Below are positions 8,127 through 16,405 of a DNA stretch of 32,000 bases, one piece after another (within the stretch, counting starts at the first letter, position 1; each line of letters begins with the position of its first letter). The stretch covers positions 30,001 through 62,000 of the forward strand of contig JBBABY010000001.1 of NCBI GenBank assembly GCA_041657425.1, given 5' to 3'. A program made the translations under genes and the position numbers. Under the pieces are notes generated by a model. The model was not told where the DNA came from, did no database searches, and worked only from the letters and a program-made list of their open reading frames with translations. The stretch comes from an archaeon. Its GTDB lineage: Archaea; Iainarchaeota; Iainarchaeia; Iainarchaeales; CSSED10-239.

Positions 8127-8987
8127 CTACAAGAAATAGCTAGCTTCTATTAATGCTCCAATTAATAAGAAAAGCAATGCAAAAAAGACCATTAATGCAA
8201 TATCTTTAATTATTTTCCATTTAAACTCAGTTAAGAATAGCCCTTTCATTAAGTCTCTTGCAAAGACTGCCCCTGCAAAACTAATTATAAAATAAGCAAG
8301 CATCTCTGGAAGGCCGTGAGGGATATAACCTAAAAAATTAATGAGTGTTTGAGCAATTCCATTTATGGCCCCAGAAACTCCAACAACGCCACCCATGCTT
8401 GTAAGGATGTCATTAGCAATTACTGTGGCAAGAATTGATGCATTCCATGCAATCAAGAAAATTGCACCAGCACCATAAAAGAAAGATAATGCTGCCGCTC
8501 TTGCAACAACTCCGAGATTGTTTATAAAAACTATATTAAACACTTTTGTAAAATTACTTTCATTTTTTACTTGTGTACCAGTCAATTGGCCACTTATTGA
8601 ATTTCTTATTGATTCTACGCCTTTTATCTCAGAAAACTGAGTTGCAAAAATAACATCCCTTGTTTCTGGGCCAACAATAAAGAATAAAAAAGTAAATGCC
8701 ACAAAAATTCCTAAAAAAAGATAAATAATTTGAAGTATCAAAGTTCTGTGCCTTTCAAAGAAACTCTCAGAATAATTATAAAGATAAGAATTATAAGAAT
8801 AAAGCTTTGCAAAAATCGGAATTATTCCAATAGTTATAAACGCTAAAATACCAATACTTACGTATGCCTTAGGAAAAACAAAAACCGAAAACACTACAGA
8901 AATTAATGATAGAAATAAAGCTTCAAAGAATATTATACTTGGAGTCTTTGATATCTTCTGAGGGGTATATATAAATTCCATTACCAT
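8127..8987 (-). CDS. SpoIIM/DUF95-family integral membrane protein
   Basis: Polytopic membrane protein. FINNLGVVARAAALSFFYGAGAIFLIAWNASILATVIA resembles the stage II sporulation protein M family core. Confidence 0.55.
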   Translation of the reverse strand: MVMEFIYTPQKISKTPSIIFFEALFLSLISVVFSVFVFPKAYVSIGILAFITIGIIPIFAKLYSYNSYLYNYSESFFERHRTLILQIIYLFLGIFVAFTFLFFIVGPETRDVIFATQFSEIKGVESIRNSISGQLTGTQVKNESNFTKVFNIVFINNLGVVARAAALSFFYGAGAIFLIAWNASILATVIANDILTSMGGVVGVSGAINGIAQTLINFLGYIPHGLPEMLAYFIISFAGAVFARDLMKGLFLTEFKWKIIKDIALMVFFALLFLLIGALIEASYFL

Positions 8988-9088
8988 TGTTTTTCACGTG
9001 TCCTTAATAAAGTATATTTAAACCAACAATATATAAATGTTTTTTAATATAAATATAATATAGATTAAAGATATAAAAGAGACTAATT

Positions 9089-9517
9089 ATGAGTAACTTA
9101 GAACTAAATACAATTCTAGCTAATATTAGACAAAAAGAAAAGATAGGCGTTGGAGACATAATCATAGGACAAATCGTTGTTGTTAAAGACAACATGGTTG
9201 TTGTTGAAATTGTTAATGCTGGAAACCGCGTATTATCTCCTGCAGACATGGGTGTGTTGTTTGTTAAAAACATAGATACTAGGTTTGTTGAAAGCACTTC
9301 TGAGTGTTTTGCCAAAGGTGACGTAATTAAAGCAAAAATTTCAGAAATTGGACCATACGAGTATAAGATGGTAACTAACTATCCTGAACTTGGAGTAATT
9401 AGAACTATATGTAAACAATGTAAAAACGCAGTTATCGGATATTCTCCAACAGGAGAAGTTAAATGCGATGATTGCGGAAATATGATTAGAAAAAAATTTG
9501 CAAAAACTGGTGATTAA
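9089..9517 (+). CDS. csl4: exosome RNA-binding subunit Csl4 (short form: S1 domain plus zinc ribbon)
   Basis: S1-like GDIIIGQIVVVKDNMVVVEIV...GDVIKAKISEI is followed by a zinc ribbon, CKQCKNAV...KCDDCG. It sits immediately upstream of rpoL, the usual archaeal arrangement. Confidence 0.7.
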   Translation: MSNLELNTILANIRQKEKIGVGDIIIGQIVVVKDNMVVVEIVNAGNRVLSPADMGVLFVKNIDTRFVESTSECFAKGDVIKAKISEIGPYEYKMVTNYPELGVIRTICKQCKNAVIGYSPTGEVKCDDCGNMIRKKFAKTGD

Positions 9518-9519
9518 AA

Positions 9520-9801
9520 ATGGATATAGATTATTTAAATAAAAATAAAAATGAAATAGAATTTACAATCAAAGACGAAGATTCTTCCTTCTTTGATATA
9601 ATTATAGATATTGCATCAAGCAAAAAAGACGTTGAATTTGTATCAAAAAAAGACGCAGACAACTTAACTGGAGAATTCACAATTTACCTAAGAACAAGAG
9701 AAAAACCAGCAAAAGATGTTCTTTTAGATTGTATTACTGAAGCAGAAGAGAAATTTAATGGGATAATTAAAAATCTTGAAAAGGCAGTAAATAAAAAATG
9801 A
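9520..9801 (+). CDS. rpoL: DNA-directed RNA polymerase subunit L (Rpo11)
   Basis: 93 aa. NKNEIEFTIKDEDSSFFDIIIDIASSKKDVEFVSKKDADNLTGEFTIYLRT follows the Rpo11 pattern (..n.lef.i.gEdHT..N.l...l....V.fa.Y...HPl...p.l.i.T). GGTGAT SD upstream. Confidence 0.7.
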   Translation: MDIDYLNKNKNEIEFTIKDEDSSFFDIIIDIASSKKDVEFVSKKDADNLTGEFTIYLRTREKPAKDVLLDCITEAEEKFNGIIKNLEKAVNKK

Positions 9802-10535
9802 AGAAAACAAAAATTCAAGAAAAAAAGAAAAGTTTTTGGTACTACTTAGATCCATTTAATTATGTGGATTTACTACTTGAAAAATTTGTAGGAAAACCAA
9901 ATACTTTTGGAAAAAACGTTCTTTATTGGATAGTTTATATTTTTACTTCTTTTATCTTAGCACTATTAATCTACAAAATACTTGGATTAATCTTAGGGGT
10001 TTCTATGCCAATGGCAATAGTTGTTAGTGCCTCTATGGAACCAAGCCTACATAGAGGAGACATTGTAATTTTAACAAGTGCAAAAAACTTAAAGGTCGAA
10101 GAAGTTACAATCAACGAAAGTATTGCCAGAAAAGATATCTCTGAATTTACAGAGATGAATTATTCAAAGAACCAATACGGGCTAACAGAAATTGATTATA
10201 TCAAAATTGGAGACAAAAAAATTTCTCTAATTGATGCTATAGATAATAAGAATGATGTTGTGGTGTACTCTTCAAATGTTAATGGCAGAGACATCATTCA
10301 CAGAGCTGTTGTTAAGATACATGCAAAAGACGGGAGTTTCATCTTAACTAAAGGAGACAACCATAAAACAAATGTGTTTATTGACGAAGATTGTCAAATA
10401 ACCACCGAAAACAACAAAATTGTTGCTCAAAAACCCTGTTTAAATCTATATCCAATCAAGGAAAGCACGCTAAAAGGCAAAAAAATTGGTAAAATTCCAT
10501 ATATAGGATATATTAAATTAGTTTTGTTTCAGTAA
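9798..10535 (+). CDS. signal peptidase I, archaeal/ER Sec11 type (S26B)
   Basis: N-terminal TM anchor, catalytic Ser box VSASMEPSLHRGDIVIL, His box IIHRAV and TKGDNHKTNVFIDED. ATGA overlap with rpoL. Confidence 0.8.
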   Translation: MKKTKIQEKKKSFWYYLDPFNYVDLLLEKFVGKPNTFGKNVLYWIVYIFTSFILALLIYKILGLILGVSMPMAIVVSASMEPSLHRGDIVILTSAKNLKVEEVTINESIARKDISEFTEMNYSKNQYGLTEIDYIKIGDKKISLIDAIDNKNDVVVYSSNVNGRDIIHRAVVKIHAKDGSFILTKGDNHKTNVFIDEDCQITTENNKIVAQKPCLNLYPIKESTLKGKKIGKIPYIGYIKLVLFQ

Positions 10536-10561
10536 TATATAATAAAATTAGAGGTGTAAAT

Positions 10562-11311
10562 ATGATAAAATTAGTAATGAAGGATGCAAAAGAATTTTAT
10601 AAATGTATTGATGCTATTGGAGTATTAATCAACGAAGGACTTTTCACTATTGATAAAGACAAGTTCTATTTAAGAGCAACAGACCCTAGTCAAATAAGTC
10701 TTGTTGATTTTGTAATGCCTAAAGAGGCATTTGAAGAATTTGTTGCAGACATTGGCCCAGAAAGCGCAAATAAAGTTTCATTTGGAATAAACATTAATAA
10801 TCTTTTACAAATTTTATCACACTCTAACTCAGATGATAAACTTTCAATAGAGATTAAAGAAGGAAAGCCAAGTATCCAAATCGACTTCATTGGAAAATCC
10901 AAAAGATCATTTACAATTCCTTTAATTGATGTTTCAGATCAACAACATCCACTTCCACAAATCCCTTTTGAAGTAACTGTTCAAGTTGGTTCAGATCAAT
11001 TACTTGCAGGAATTAAAGATGCTGCTCTTTTCAGTTCTCATTTAACTTTAAAAGTTGCAGACGAAAAGTTTATCTTAGAAACACAAAGCAGTAAAGGAAA
11101 GTTTAAGCAAGAAGTTGAAGCAGGAGATATTGTTATTTCTGGTAACAAAGCAAAAGCAATGTTTCCACTTGATTACTTACAAAACATGATCAAGAATGCT
11201 AAGACAGTAATCACATTAAAACTAAAAGACGACATGCCAATTGAAATTAACTATACAATCGGCAGTGCAGCAGTAAGATACTATCTTGCACCAAGAGTAG
11301 ATAATGAGTAA
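10562..11311 (+). CDS. pcn: DNA polymerase sliding clamp PCNA
   Basis: 249 aa. FYLRATDPSQISLVDFVMPKEAFEEF and the C-terminal AVRYYLAPRV are typical of archaeal PCNA. GAGGTG SD upstream. Confidence 0.85.
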   Translation: MIKLVMKDAKEFYKCIDAIGVLINEGLFTIDKDKFYLRATDPSQISLVDFVMPKEAFEEFVADIGPESANKVSFGININNLLQILSHSNSDDKLSIEIKEGKPSIQIDFIGKSKRSFTIPLIDVSDQQHPLPQIPFEVTVQVGSDQLLAGIKDAALFSSHLTLKVADEKFILETQSSKGKFKQEVEAGDIVISGNKAKAMFPLDYLQNMIKNAKTVITLKLKDDMPIEINYTIGSAAVRYYLAPRVDNE

Positions 11312-11317
11312 ATCTAA

Positions 11318-12004
11318 TTAATATCTAATCTTTGGGTATGCTTTCTTTAAGTCTATTATTTTACTAGAAAGAAACCCATCTAATTCTTTCAATTTTGGGA
11401 TAATTAAATCTGCATTTTCTATACTATTTATTTTCTTTAAGACGCCTTCCCATAACAAATCTAACTCTTCCATTTTTTTTAATCTTGATTTACCATTAGA
11501 AAAATCATACTCTGCTTGTTTTGTATAAACTCCTCTTAAATCCGCTAAACTTTGCCAAACTTTATCTGGCAATTTTGAAAGTATTTGCTTCTCATTTAAA
11601 ATATTCTGTAATACTTCTAATTTTCCAGTCAATAATTCATATCTTATTTGTCTTTTTGCGATTACTACTTCTCTTGTTCCTTTTTCAATCAGTTGGTGTA
11701 ATTCGTGCTTTCTATTATTGTCTTTTTCAATTTTAAAATCAGATTTATATTTTTCTAAACGTGCGGATAACTTTTTTAATTGCTCACTATGGCTTTTAAT
11801 TACATCATTTCTTTTTTCAACACCATACTTCCCAAAAGTATTTAGTTTAGAACTAAAGGATTCTCTTGCCTGCTTTCCTAGTTGTTCAATTTGTGTTTTT
11901 GTTAATGATTGTTTTAAATCAACATTCTGAGGTTTTGTTTTTTGTTTTAACGGATCTAAAATTTTAGATGTTACTCTTCTTGTAGTTGTTGGTGCCTTTG
12001 CCAT
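11318..12004 (-). CDS. hypothetical protein (basic N-terminus, predicted helical/coiled coil)
   Basis: 228-aa ORF with an AGGAG SD about 8 nt upstream of the ATG at 12004. It is the last gene of the co-directional orc1/cdc6 string. No recognisable motif. Confidence 0.6.
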   Translation of the reverse strand: MAKAPTTTRRVTSKILDPLKQKTKPQNVDLKQSLTKTQIEQLGKQARESFSSKLNTFGKYGVEKRNDVIKSHSEQLKKLSARLEKYKSDFKIEKDNNRKHELHQLIEKGTREVVIAKRQIRYELLTGKLEVLQNILNEKQILSKLPDKVWQSLADLRGVYTKQAEYDFSNGKSRLKKMEELDLLWEGVLKKINSIENADLIIPKLKELDGFLSSKIIDLKKAYPKIRY

Positions 12005-12060
12005 TTTTAATTCATCTCCTTTATTTTATATATATTAGTTAATACATTTTATTTTTAAAT

Positions 12061-12579
12061 TTACTCTTTAAAATTAATTATTTCTTTTTTTAAATCTTCT
12101 AACCAAAAAACAATATTATGAAGATTATTTTCTAAATCTGTAATTTTTGCAGCATTTAACTTTTTTAAAATAGAAGTAAAATTTGCATCAATTCTACTTA
12201 GGTTCTTGTTCCCTGTTGCTTCTAAATGATCTAAACAAAAAGTGGTTAATTTTCTTATATCTTTTGCTTCTTGGGTTTTCCCTAAACCATGATATCCAAT
12301 TATTGTGTTAATTAATTCTGCTTTTAATTCTGTTTTTTGAATTGCCAATAAATTTCTTTGAGGCATAAGTTTTCTTGCAATAAATTCTTTACCAAAACTA
12401 CTACAAGTACGCTCTACATATTTTATATTCTCGTTTTTACGTTTTATACTATCTGTTAAAACTTTTATTTGTGGACTTTTCTTTATTGCAATTGATCTTC
12501 TAAAAACTGGTTTTAATTTAGCTTTCTCTCTTGCTCTCACTAAATAGATTCCTGTTGGTTTTATTACTTTTACAACCAT
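12061..12579 (-). CDS. hypothetical protein coupled to orc1/cdc6
   Basis: 172-aa ORF. Its ATG at 12579 lies 6 nt after the orc1/cdc6 stop, and a GTGAT SD-like box sits inside the end of that gene. Basic N-terminus, helical remainder, no recognisable motif. Confidence 0.6.
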   Translation of the reverse strand: MVVKVIKPTGIYLVRAREKAKLKPVFRRSIAIKKSPQIKVLTDSIKRKNENIKYVERTCSSFGKEFIARKLMPQRNLLAIQKTELKAELINTIIGYHGLGKTQEAKDIRKLTTFCLDHLEATGNKNLSRIDANFTSILKKLNAAKITDLENNLHNIVFWLEDLKKEIINFKE

Positions 12580-12585
12580 GTTTAA

Positions 12586-13677
12586 TCACTTTAATAGTTC
12601 TTTATTAAAACACAATTCTATTATTCTTGTTCTTCCTTTCTGAGAATTATCTTCTTTTGTTTTTATTAATCCAATGTTTTCAAGATTTTCAAGATATCTT
12701 CTTATTGTTCTTTCTGAATCTGCTTTAAACTTTGTGTAAAGTTTTCCACTTTCTATTCCGCCCTCAGGAATTGCTTGAAGAATCTTTTTCTCTATATCTT
12801 CTATATAATTTAATTTTTCTGAAAGTTTAACTGCATCTATAAACTTTGCAGAATCAATAATTATTTCTTTATCTATTCTTTGAAATCCCTTCTTTTCTGC
12901 AGTCTTTGCGGATTTAAACAGAAGATCGATTGCGATTCGTGCATCTCCTCCGTTCTTTGCAGCATATCCTGTGATGTAGCCAATTAAGTCTTCTGAAATT
13001 GCTTTTGGGATTAATCCATATTCTATTCTTTCTCTTAAAATTTCTTTTAACTCTTGGGGAGAATACTTCTTAAATTCAACTTCACTTAAGAAAAGAGAAC
13101 TTTGAACTCTTGGATCAAGTGTTATAATAAATTCTTTATAATTTGTAATTAAGATTAATGCAAAATATTTGTTATTTACTTCAATTCTTGAAAGATCATA
13201 AAGAATTGTTGAAATTTCAGATTTCTCTAACTTATCAACCTCGTCAATAATTACTATTGGGATGAAATCTGTTTTCGCCATTTCTTCTTTTATTCTATTT
13301 AATATTTCATCTATTCCTAAACCCCTTCTTGGAAGCGGCGAATTGTAAAGAGATAAAAGTTTACAATATAATGCAAACCTTGTATTATCTTCTATTGCAT
13401 TAATGTATATTGACTTTGCTCTTTGAGTAAATTCAGATAATTGTTTTAAAACATACTTTGAAATAAGAGTTTTTCCGGTGCCTGGCGGCCCAAACAACAA
13501 GGTGTTTCTTGATTTTCGGACTTCAACTATTGGTCTAAGATTATAACTTATATCTTGGGTCTCTTTATCTCTTGATTTTATTTCCTCTGGCAAATAGTTA
13601 GGATAAAATACACTCTCATCTTTGAAGATGCTTATAGCTACACTTGAATATTCCTTTTCAAAGATATTTTTTTTCAT
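12586..13677 (-). CDS. cdc6: Orc1/Cdc6 replication initiator (paralogue A, 363 aa)
   Basis: N-terminal YLPEEIKSRDKE, Walker A LLFGPPGTGKT, Walker B VIIDEVDKL, GGDARIAIDLL (sensor 2) and a C-terminal winged helix (RTIRRYLENLENIGLIKT). Confidence 0.9.
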   Translation of the reverse strand: MKKNIFEKEYSSVAISIFKDESVFYPNYLPEEIKSRDKETQDISYNLRPIVEVRKSRNTLLFGPPGTGKTLISKYVLKQLSEFTQRAKSIYINAIEDNTRFALYCKLLSLYNSPLPRRGLGIDEILNRIKEEMAKTDFIPIVIIDEVDKLEKSEISTILYDLSRIEVNNKYFALILITNYKEFIITLDPRVQSSLFLSEVEFKKYSPQELKEILRERIEYGLIPKAISEDLIGYITGYAAKNGGDARIAIDLLFKSAKTAEKKGFQRIDKEIIIDSAKFIDAVKLSEKLNYIEDIEKKILQAIPEGGIESGKLYTKFKADSERTIRRYLENLENIGLIKTKEDNSQKGRTRIIELCFNKELLK

Positions 13678-14123
13678 TGAAATTTATTCCTTTTTTTAGA
13701 TATAGTATATCTATTGTAGATAGAGGTATTTAAAAACATTTGTTGTGTTTTTTTGGAAATATGCAAAAACATTACTTTTCTTTTGAAAATCAGCAATTTT
13801 AAAGGAAACCACAAATCATTTTCTTTGAAAAACCGCTTTTTTAAAGGGGTTCTCGCACTGGACAGCCACCCCCCCGAAAATACCCCCTTTTTTTAAAACA
13901 ACATATATCTGGTGATGTGAAATGTTTGAAATATCTAGTCTAAAAACAAGCCTATTAGTTAAAATGAAACACAATCTCTTGAAAAAAGCGCAACCAGAAA
14001 GTTCCTTAACTAAAGCAAATAGTAAGTTATTACTGGACATTTTAGGAGAACTAGATTGTAGAAAGTATTACAGTTAGATTTGTGGGATTTCTCCCACTTT
14101 TCTTTCCCCTATTTATAAGTTTG
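13678..14123. other. long non-coding spacer upstream of orc1/cdc6: candidate replication origin / complex control region
   Basis: This is the only long gap I could find in the window, about 510 nt from 13678 to the ATG at 14188; all others are below about 170 nt. It contains imperfect ~35-nt direct repeats (13776..13810 vs 13819..13852, 26 of 35 identical with one gap). TTTGRAAA-type elements recur about five times. A GC-rich island GGGGTTCTCGCACTGGACAGCCACCCCCCC lies at 13847..13876. The 8-mer ACTGGACA occurs twice (13857..13864 and 14032..14039). A GC hairpin GTGGGA-TTTC-TCCCAC lies at 14082..14097. A 7+7 palindrome AGATATA-G-TATATCT lies at 13698..13712. Confidence 0.3.
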
Positions 14124-14165
14124 CTTCAAATTTACAAAAAAAATGGAGTGTGGGTTAAATAAACC
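14124..14165 (+). promoter_or_regulatory. conserved upstream element plus TATA-like box of pilin operon 2 (copy B)
   Basis: CTTCAAATTTACAAAAAAAATGGAGTGTGGGTTAAATAAACC matches 2561..2602 at 34 of 42 positions. The TATA-like TTAAATAAA ends 22 nt before the ATG at 14188, with no SD in between. Confidence 0.5.
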
Positions 14166-14187
14166 AGAAAATACCTAACAATATTTG

Positions 14188-14691
14188 ATGATTACTAAAA
14201 ATAAAGGATTTTTGACTTTAAGTGTTTTATTATTTGTGTCTTTATTCCTTTCTATTGTTTTAACCAACAAAAAAGAACCAACTTCTGAATTTCTACAAAT
14301 AAAATTAATAAACACTAAAAAACAAAGTACCGCCATTAACTTTGAAGAATTCGTAAAAAAAGAATTGCGTTCTGAGATTACTAATCCTGTCGCCTTAAAT
14401 AAACAAATAAATACCAAATTAACAAATTATTTTTATCCCGTAGAATTTGAAAATTGGTATATTCTAAATACAACAACTAAAGAGAAAATTCCAATCAATT
14501 ACCTAGAATTAAATAAAATTACTAAAGTCATTATTCTTAAACCAGCACCTAATGTTTTAATAAAAAGATACACAATCACTAATGGCATTACCAAAAATCA
14601 TTTTTTGTCTTTTGATATGGAAACTACATCTTCAAGAACCCACTTCACTTTTCCTAAAAACTATACTGTGGAGGTGATTGTTTATACTTGA
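14188..14691 (+). CDS. class III signal peptide protein (pilin-like)
   Basis: The track start at 14185 is a TTG; the adjacent ATG at 14188 gives MITKNKG|FLTLSVLLFVSLFLSIVL, a basic leader, KG site and hydrophobic helix. First gene after motif copy B. Confidence 0.6.
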   Translation: MITKNKGFLTLSVLLFVSLFLSIVLTNKKEPTSEFLQIKLINTKKQSTAINFEEFVKKELRSEITNPVALNKQINTKLTNYFYPVEFENWYILNTTTKEKIPINYLELNKITKVIILKPAPNVLIKRYTITNGITKNHFLSFDMETTSSRTHFTFPKNYTVEVIVYT

Positions 14692-14918
14692 AGAATAAAG
14701 GAATTATCTCTGTGGAGTTTATTTTGTGCGTCTTGATAATCATTATTCTGCTTTCATTTTTTATTGAAATTAATATCACTCTTAAAAACAAGTTTGAACA
14801 ATCTCCAAATATTACTCTCAAAATAAAAGAAATAAAAACAGAATATTTAAAAGAAAACAATTGGGAAGTAAAATATGAGAATTATCAGCACTCTAAAAGC
14901 ACAAGCAATAGTAATTGA
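14688..14918 (+). CDS. class III signal peptide protein (pilin-like, xSxEFxL type)
   Basis: TTG start at 14688 with a strong SD, GGAGGTGA at 14670..14677, 10 nt upstream. The N-terminus is (M)KNKG|IISVEFILCVLIIIILL. 4-nt overlap with the previous stop. Confidence 0.55.
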   Translation: MKNKGIISVEFILCVLIIIILLSFFIEINITLKNKFEQSPNITLKIKEIKTEYLKENNWEVKYENYQHSKSTSNSN

Positions 14919-15306
14919 TACTTTGTTTTATGCTTTAATAATTATTTTTATTATCTTTATTGAAATACAATACATCTCTAATTCCGCAAACAACGAAGCA
15001 AAATTGGTTGGGTCTACAAAATATCTAGACACACTTTTATTTACAGATAAAGTAATTTCTAATTGCAACTATTGGGCAAAATCTGCAAAAAACTATGAAT
15101 CTTTATGTTATCAAAACGTCCTTGAAATTAATCAAATTACTATTACCAAATTAATCCCAGAATTACAGAAACGAAAAATCTGTAAAATTTTCCTTTCAGG
15201 AAATCTAATCTATAATACACAATCTACAGAAATAAAATACACTGTTGAAAGAGGAGTAATTAATAATGGAGTATTTACCACCATTCAATTTAGGATATGC
15301 AAGTAA
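14875..15306 (+). CDS. class III signal peptide protein (pilin-like)
   Basis: MRIISTLKA|QAIVIDTLFYALIIIFIIF has Q at +1 and a hydrophobic helix. Overlaps the upstream gene by 44 nt in another frame. Confidence 0.55.
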   Translation: MRIISTLKAQAIVIDTLFYALIIIFIIFIEIQYISNSANNEAKLVGSTKYLDTLLFTDKVISNCNYWAKSAKNYESLCYQNVLEINQITITKLIPELQKRKICKIFLSGNLIYNTQSTEIKYTVERGVINNGVFTTIQFRICK

Positions 15307-15661
15307 AGGCCAAATATTTACAATTGACGGGGCATTTGCATTAATCTTTATTACTTTACTCGCTCTTATTTTTCAAAGTAATTATTTAGAACCTTTAGAA
15401 AATAATATAGATTTACTAAAAATCCAAAAAATCAATGATCTACTTTTAACTGCTCAATATATAAAAATTGAAAACTTACAAGAATTGGAAAACCACTATC
15501 TTGCCTTATTTCCAAACACTCCCGGATATATCAAAATAAATAACACTAGAAAAGAAATAAAGTCTTCTAATTTGCCAAAATCAAAGATAATTTCCAATTC
15601 CATAAAGTATATTAATAATTCTAATAATAAGATATATATAGAAGTTGGAGTATATAGTTAG
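15266..15661 (+). CDS. class III signal peptide protein (pilin-like)
   Basis: MEYLPPFNLGYASKG|QIFTIDGAFALIFITLLALIF has a KG|Q site and a hydrophobic helix. GAGGAG SD 9 nt upstream. Overlaps the upstream gene by 41 nt. Confidence 0.55.
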   Translation: MEYLPPFNLGYASKGQIFTIDGAFALIFITLLALIFQSNYLEPLENNIDLLKIQKINDLLLTAQYIKIENLQELENHYLALFPNTPGYIKINNTRKEIKSSNLPKSKIISNSIKYINNSNNKIYIEVGVYS

Positions 15662-15664
15662 ATT

Positions 15665-16405
15665 ATGTTTTATATCATTGGAATTGGATTGAATACTAAA
15701 CAACTTACAATCGAAGCAAGATATGCAATAAAGGATTGTAAAGATGTTTATATTGATAATTATACAAACATCTTCTCAGAAGGAGAACTACAAGAAATTG
15801 AAAAAACGATTGACAAGAAAATAACTAAACTTAATAGAATTGAACTTGAACAAAAACAAGAATTTCTAAAAGACAGTTCTTGTCTTTTAGTTATTGGTAA
15901 TGCATTCTCTGCAACAACACACTATACACTTATTGACGAAGCTAAACAGAAAGGGTTAAAAACAAAAATAATTTCTGGAATATCAATCTTTAACTATAGA
16001 GGAGCTTCAGGATTATTTGAATATAAATTCGGAAAGACCACAAGTATTGTTTATCCTGATGGTAACTATAAACCCACAAGCTTCTATGATTGTATAATTG
16101 ATAACCTTAAGATCAATGCACACACGCTTTGCCTTCTTGATATCAAGACCGATCAAAATAGATTTATGAATATTAAAGAGGCCTGTGAGATACTTGAAGA
16201 AATTGATAACGAAAGTAATAATGGCCAATTAACAAATTGCGTTTGTGTTGCACTATGCGGGATTGCTAGCGAAAACCAAGAGGTTATTACTTTTGATTTT
16301 AAAAATTATAAGCAAATTGACAGCAAATCATATCCACAATCACTTATTATTTGTGGACAACTAAATGATTTTGAAAGAGATGGGTTAAATGAATACAGAC
16401 ACTAA
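15665..16405 (+). CDS. dph5: diphthine synthase (EF-2 diphthamide biosynthesis methyltransferase)
   Basis: MFYIIGIGLNTKQLTIEARYAIKDCKDVYIDNYTN plus LVIGNAFSATTH give a tetrapyrrole-methylase fold with Dph5 layout. The usual GDPxxATTH box reads GNAFSATTH here. Confidence 0.8.
   Translation: MFYIIGIGLNTKQLTIEARYAIKDCKDVYIDNYTNIFSEGELQEIEKTIDKKITKLNRIELEQKQEFLKDSSCLLVIGNAFSATTHYTLIDEAKQKGLKTKIISGISIFNYRGASGLFEYKFGKTTSIVYPDGNYKPTSFYDCIIDNLKINAHTLCLLDIKTDQNRFMNIKEACEILEEIDNESNNGQLTNCVCVALCGIASENQEVITFDFKNYKQIDSKSYPQSLIICGQLNDFERDGLNEYRH

Noticed and set aside
9004-9315. 103-aa minus-strand ORF overlapping the csl4 start
   Set aside because: It overlaps the divergent promoter region and the csl4 S1 domain, and has odd composition and no SD.
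13841-13900. GC-rich island considered as a tRNA or other structured RNA gene
   Set aside because: It is too short and has no cloverleaf arms, no T-loop GTTCRANYC and no acceptor pairing. Only a 4-5 bp GGGG/CCCC pairing followed by a T run is visible. It is kept as part of the candidate origin or control region.
13910-13950. GGTGATGTGA as a possible C box of a C/D box sRNA
   Set aside because: It is an imperfect C box, with no CTGA D box or terminal stem within the expected 50-70 nt on either strand.
13816-14040. 74-aa minus-strand ORF in the long spacer upstream of orc1/cdc6
   Set aside because: It has no SD (CTCC rather than GGAG upstream) and spans the GC island and repeat elements. Its composition is unlike neighbouring proteins, so the region is treated as non-coding.
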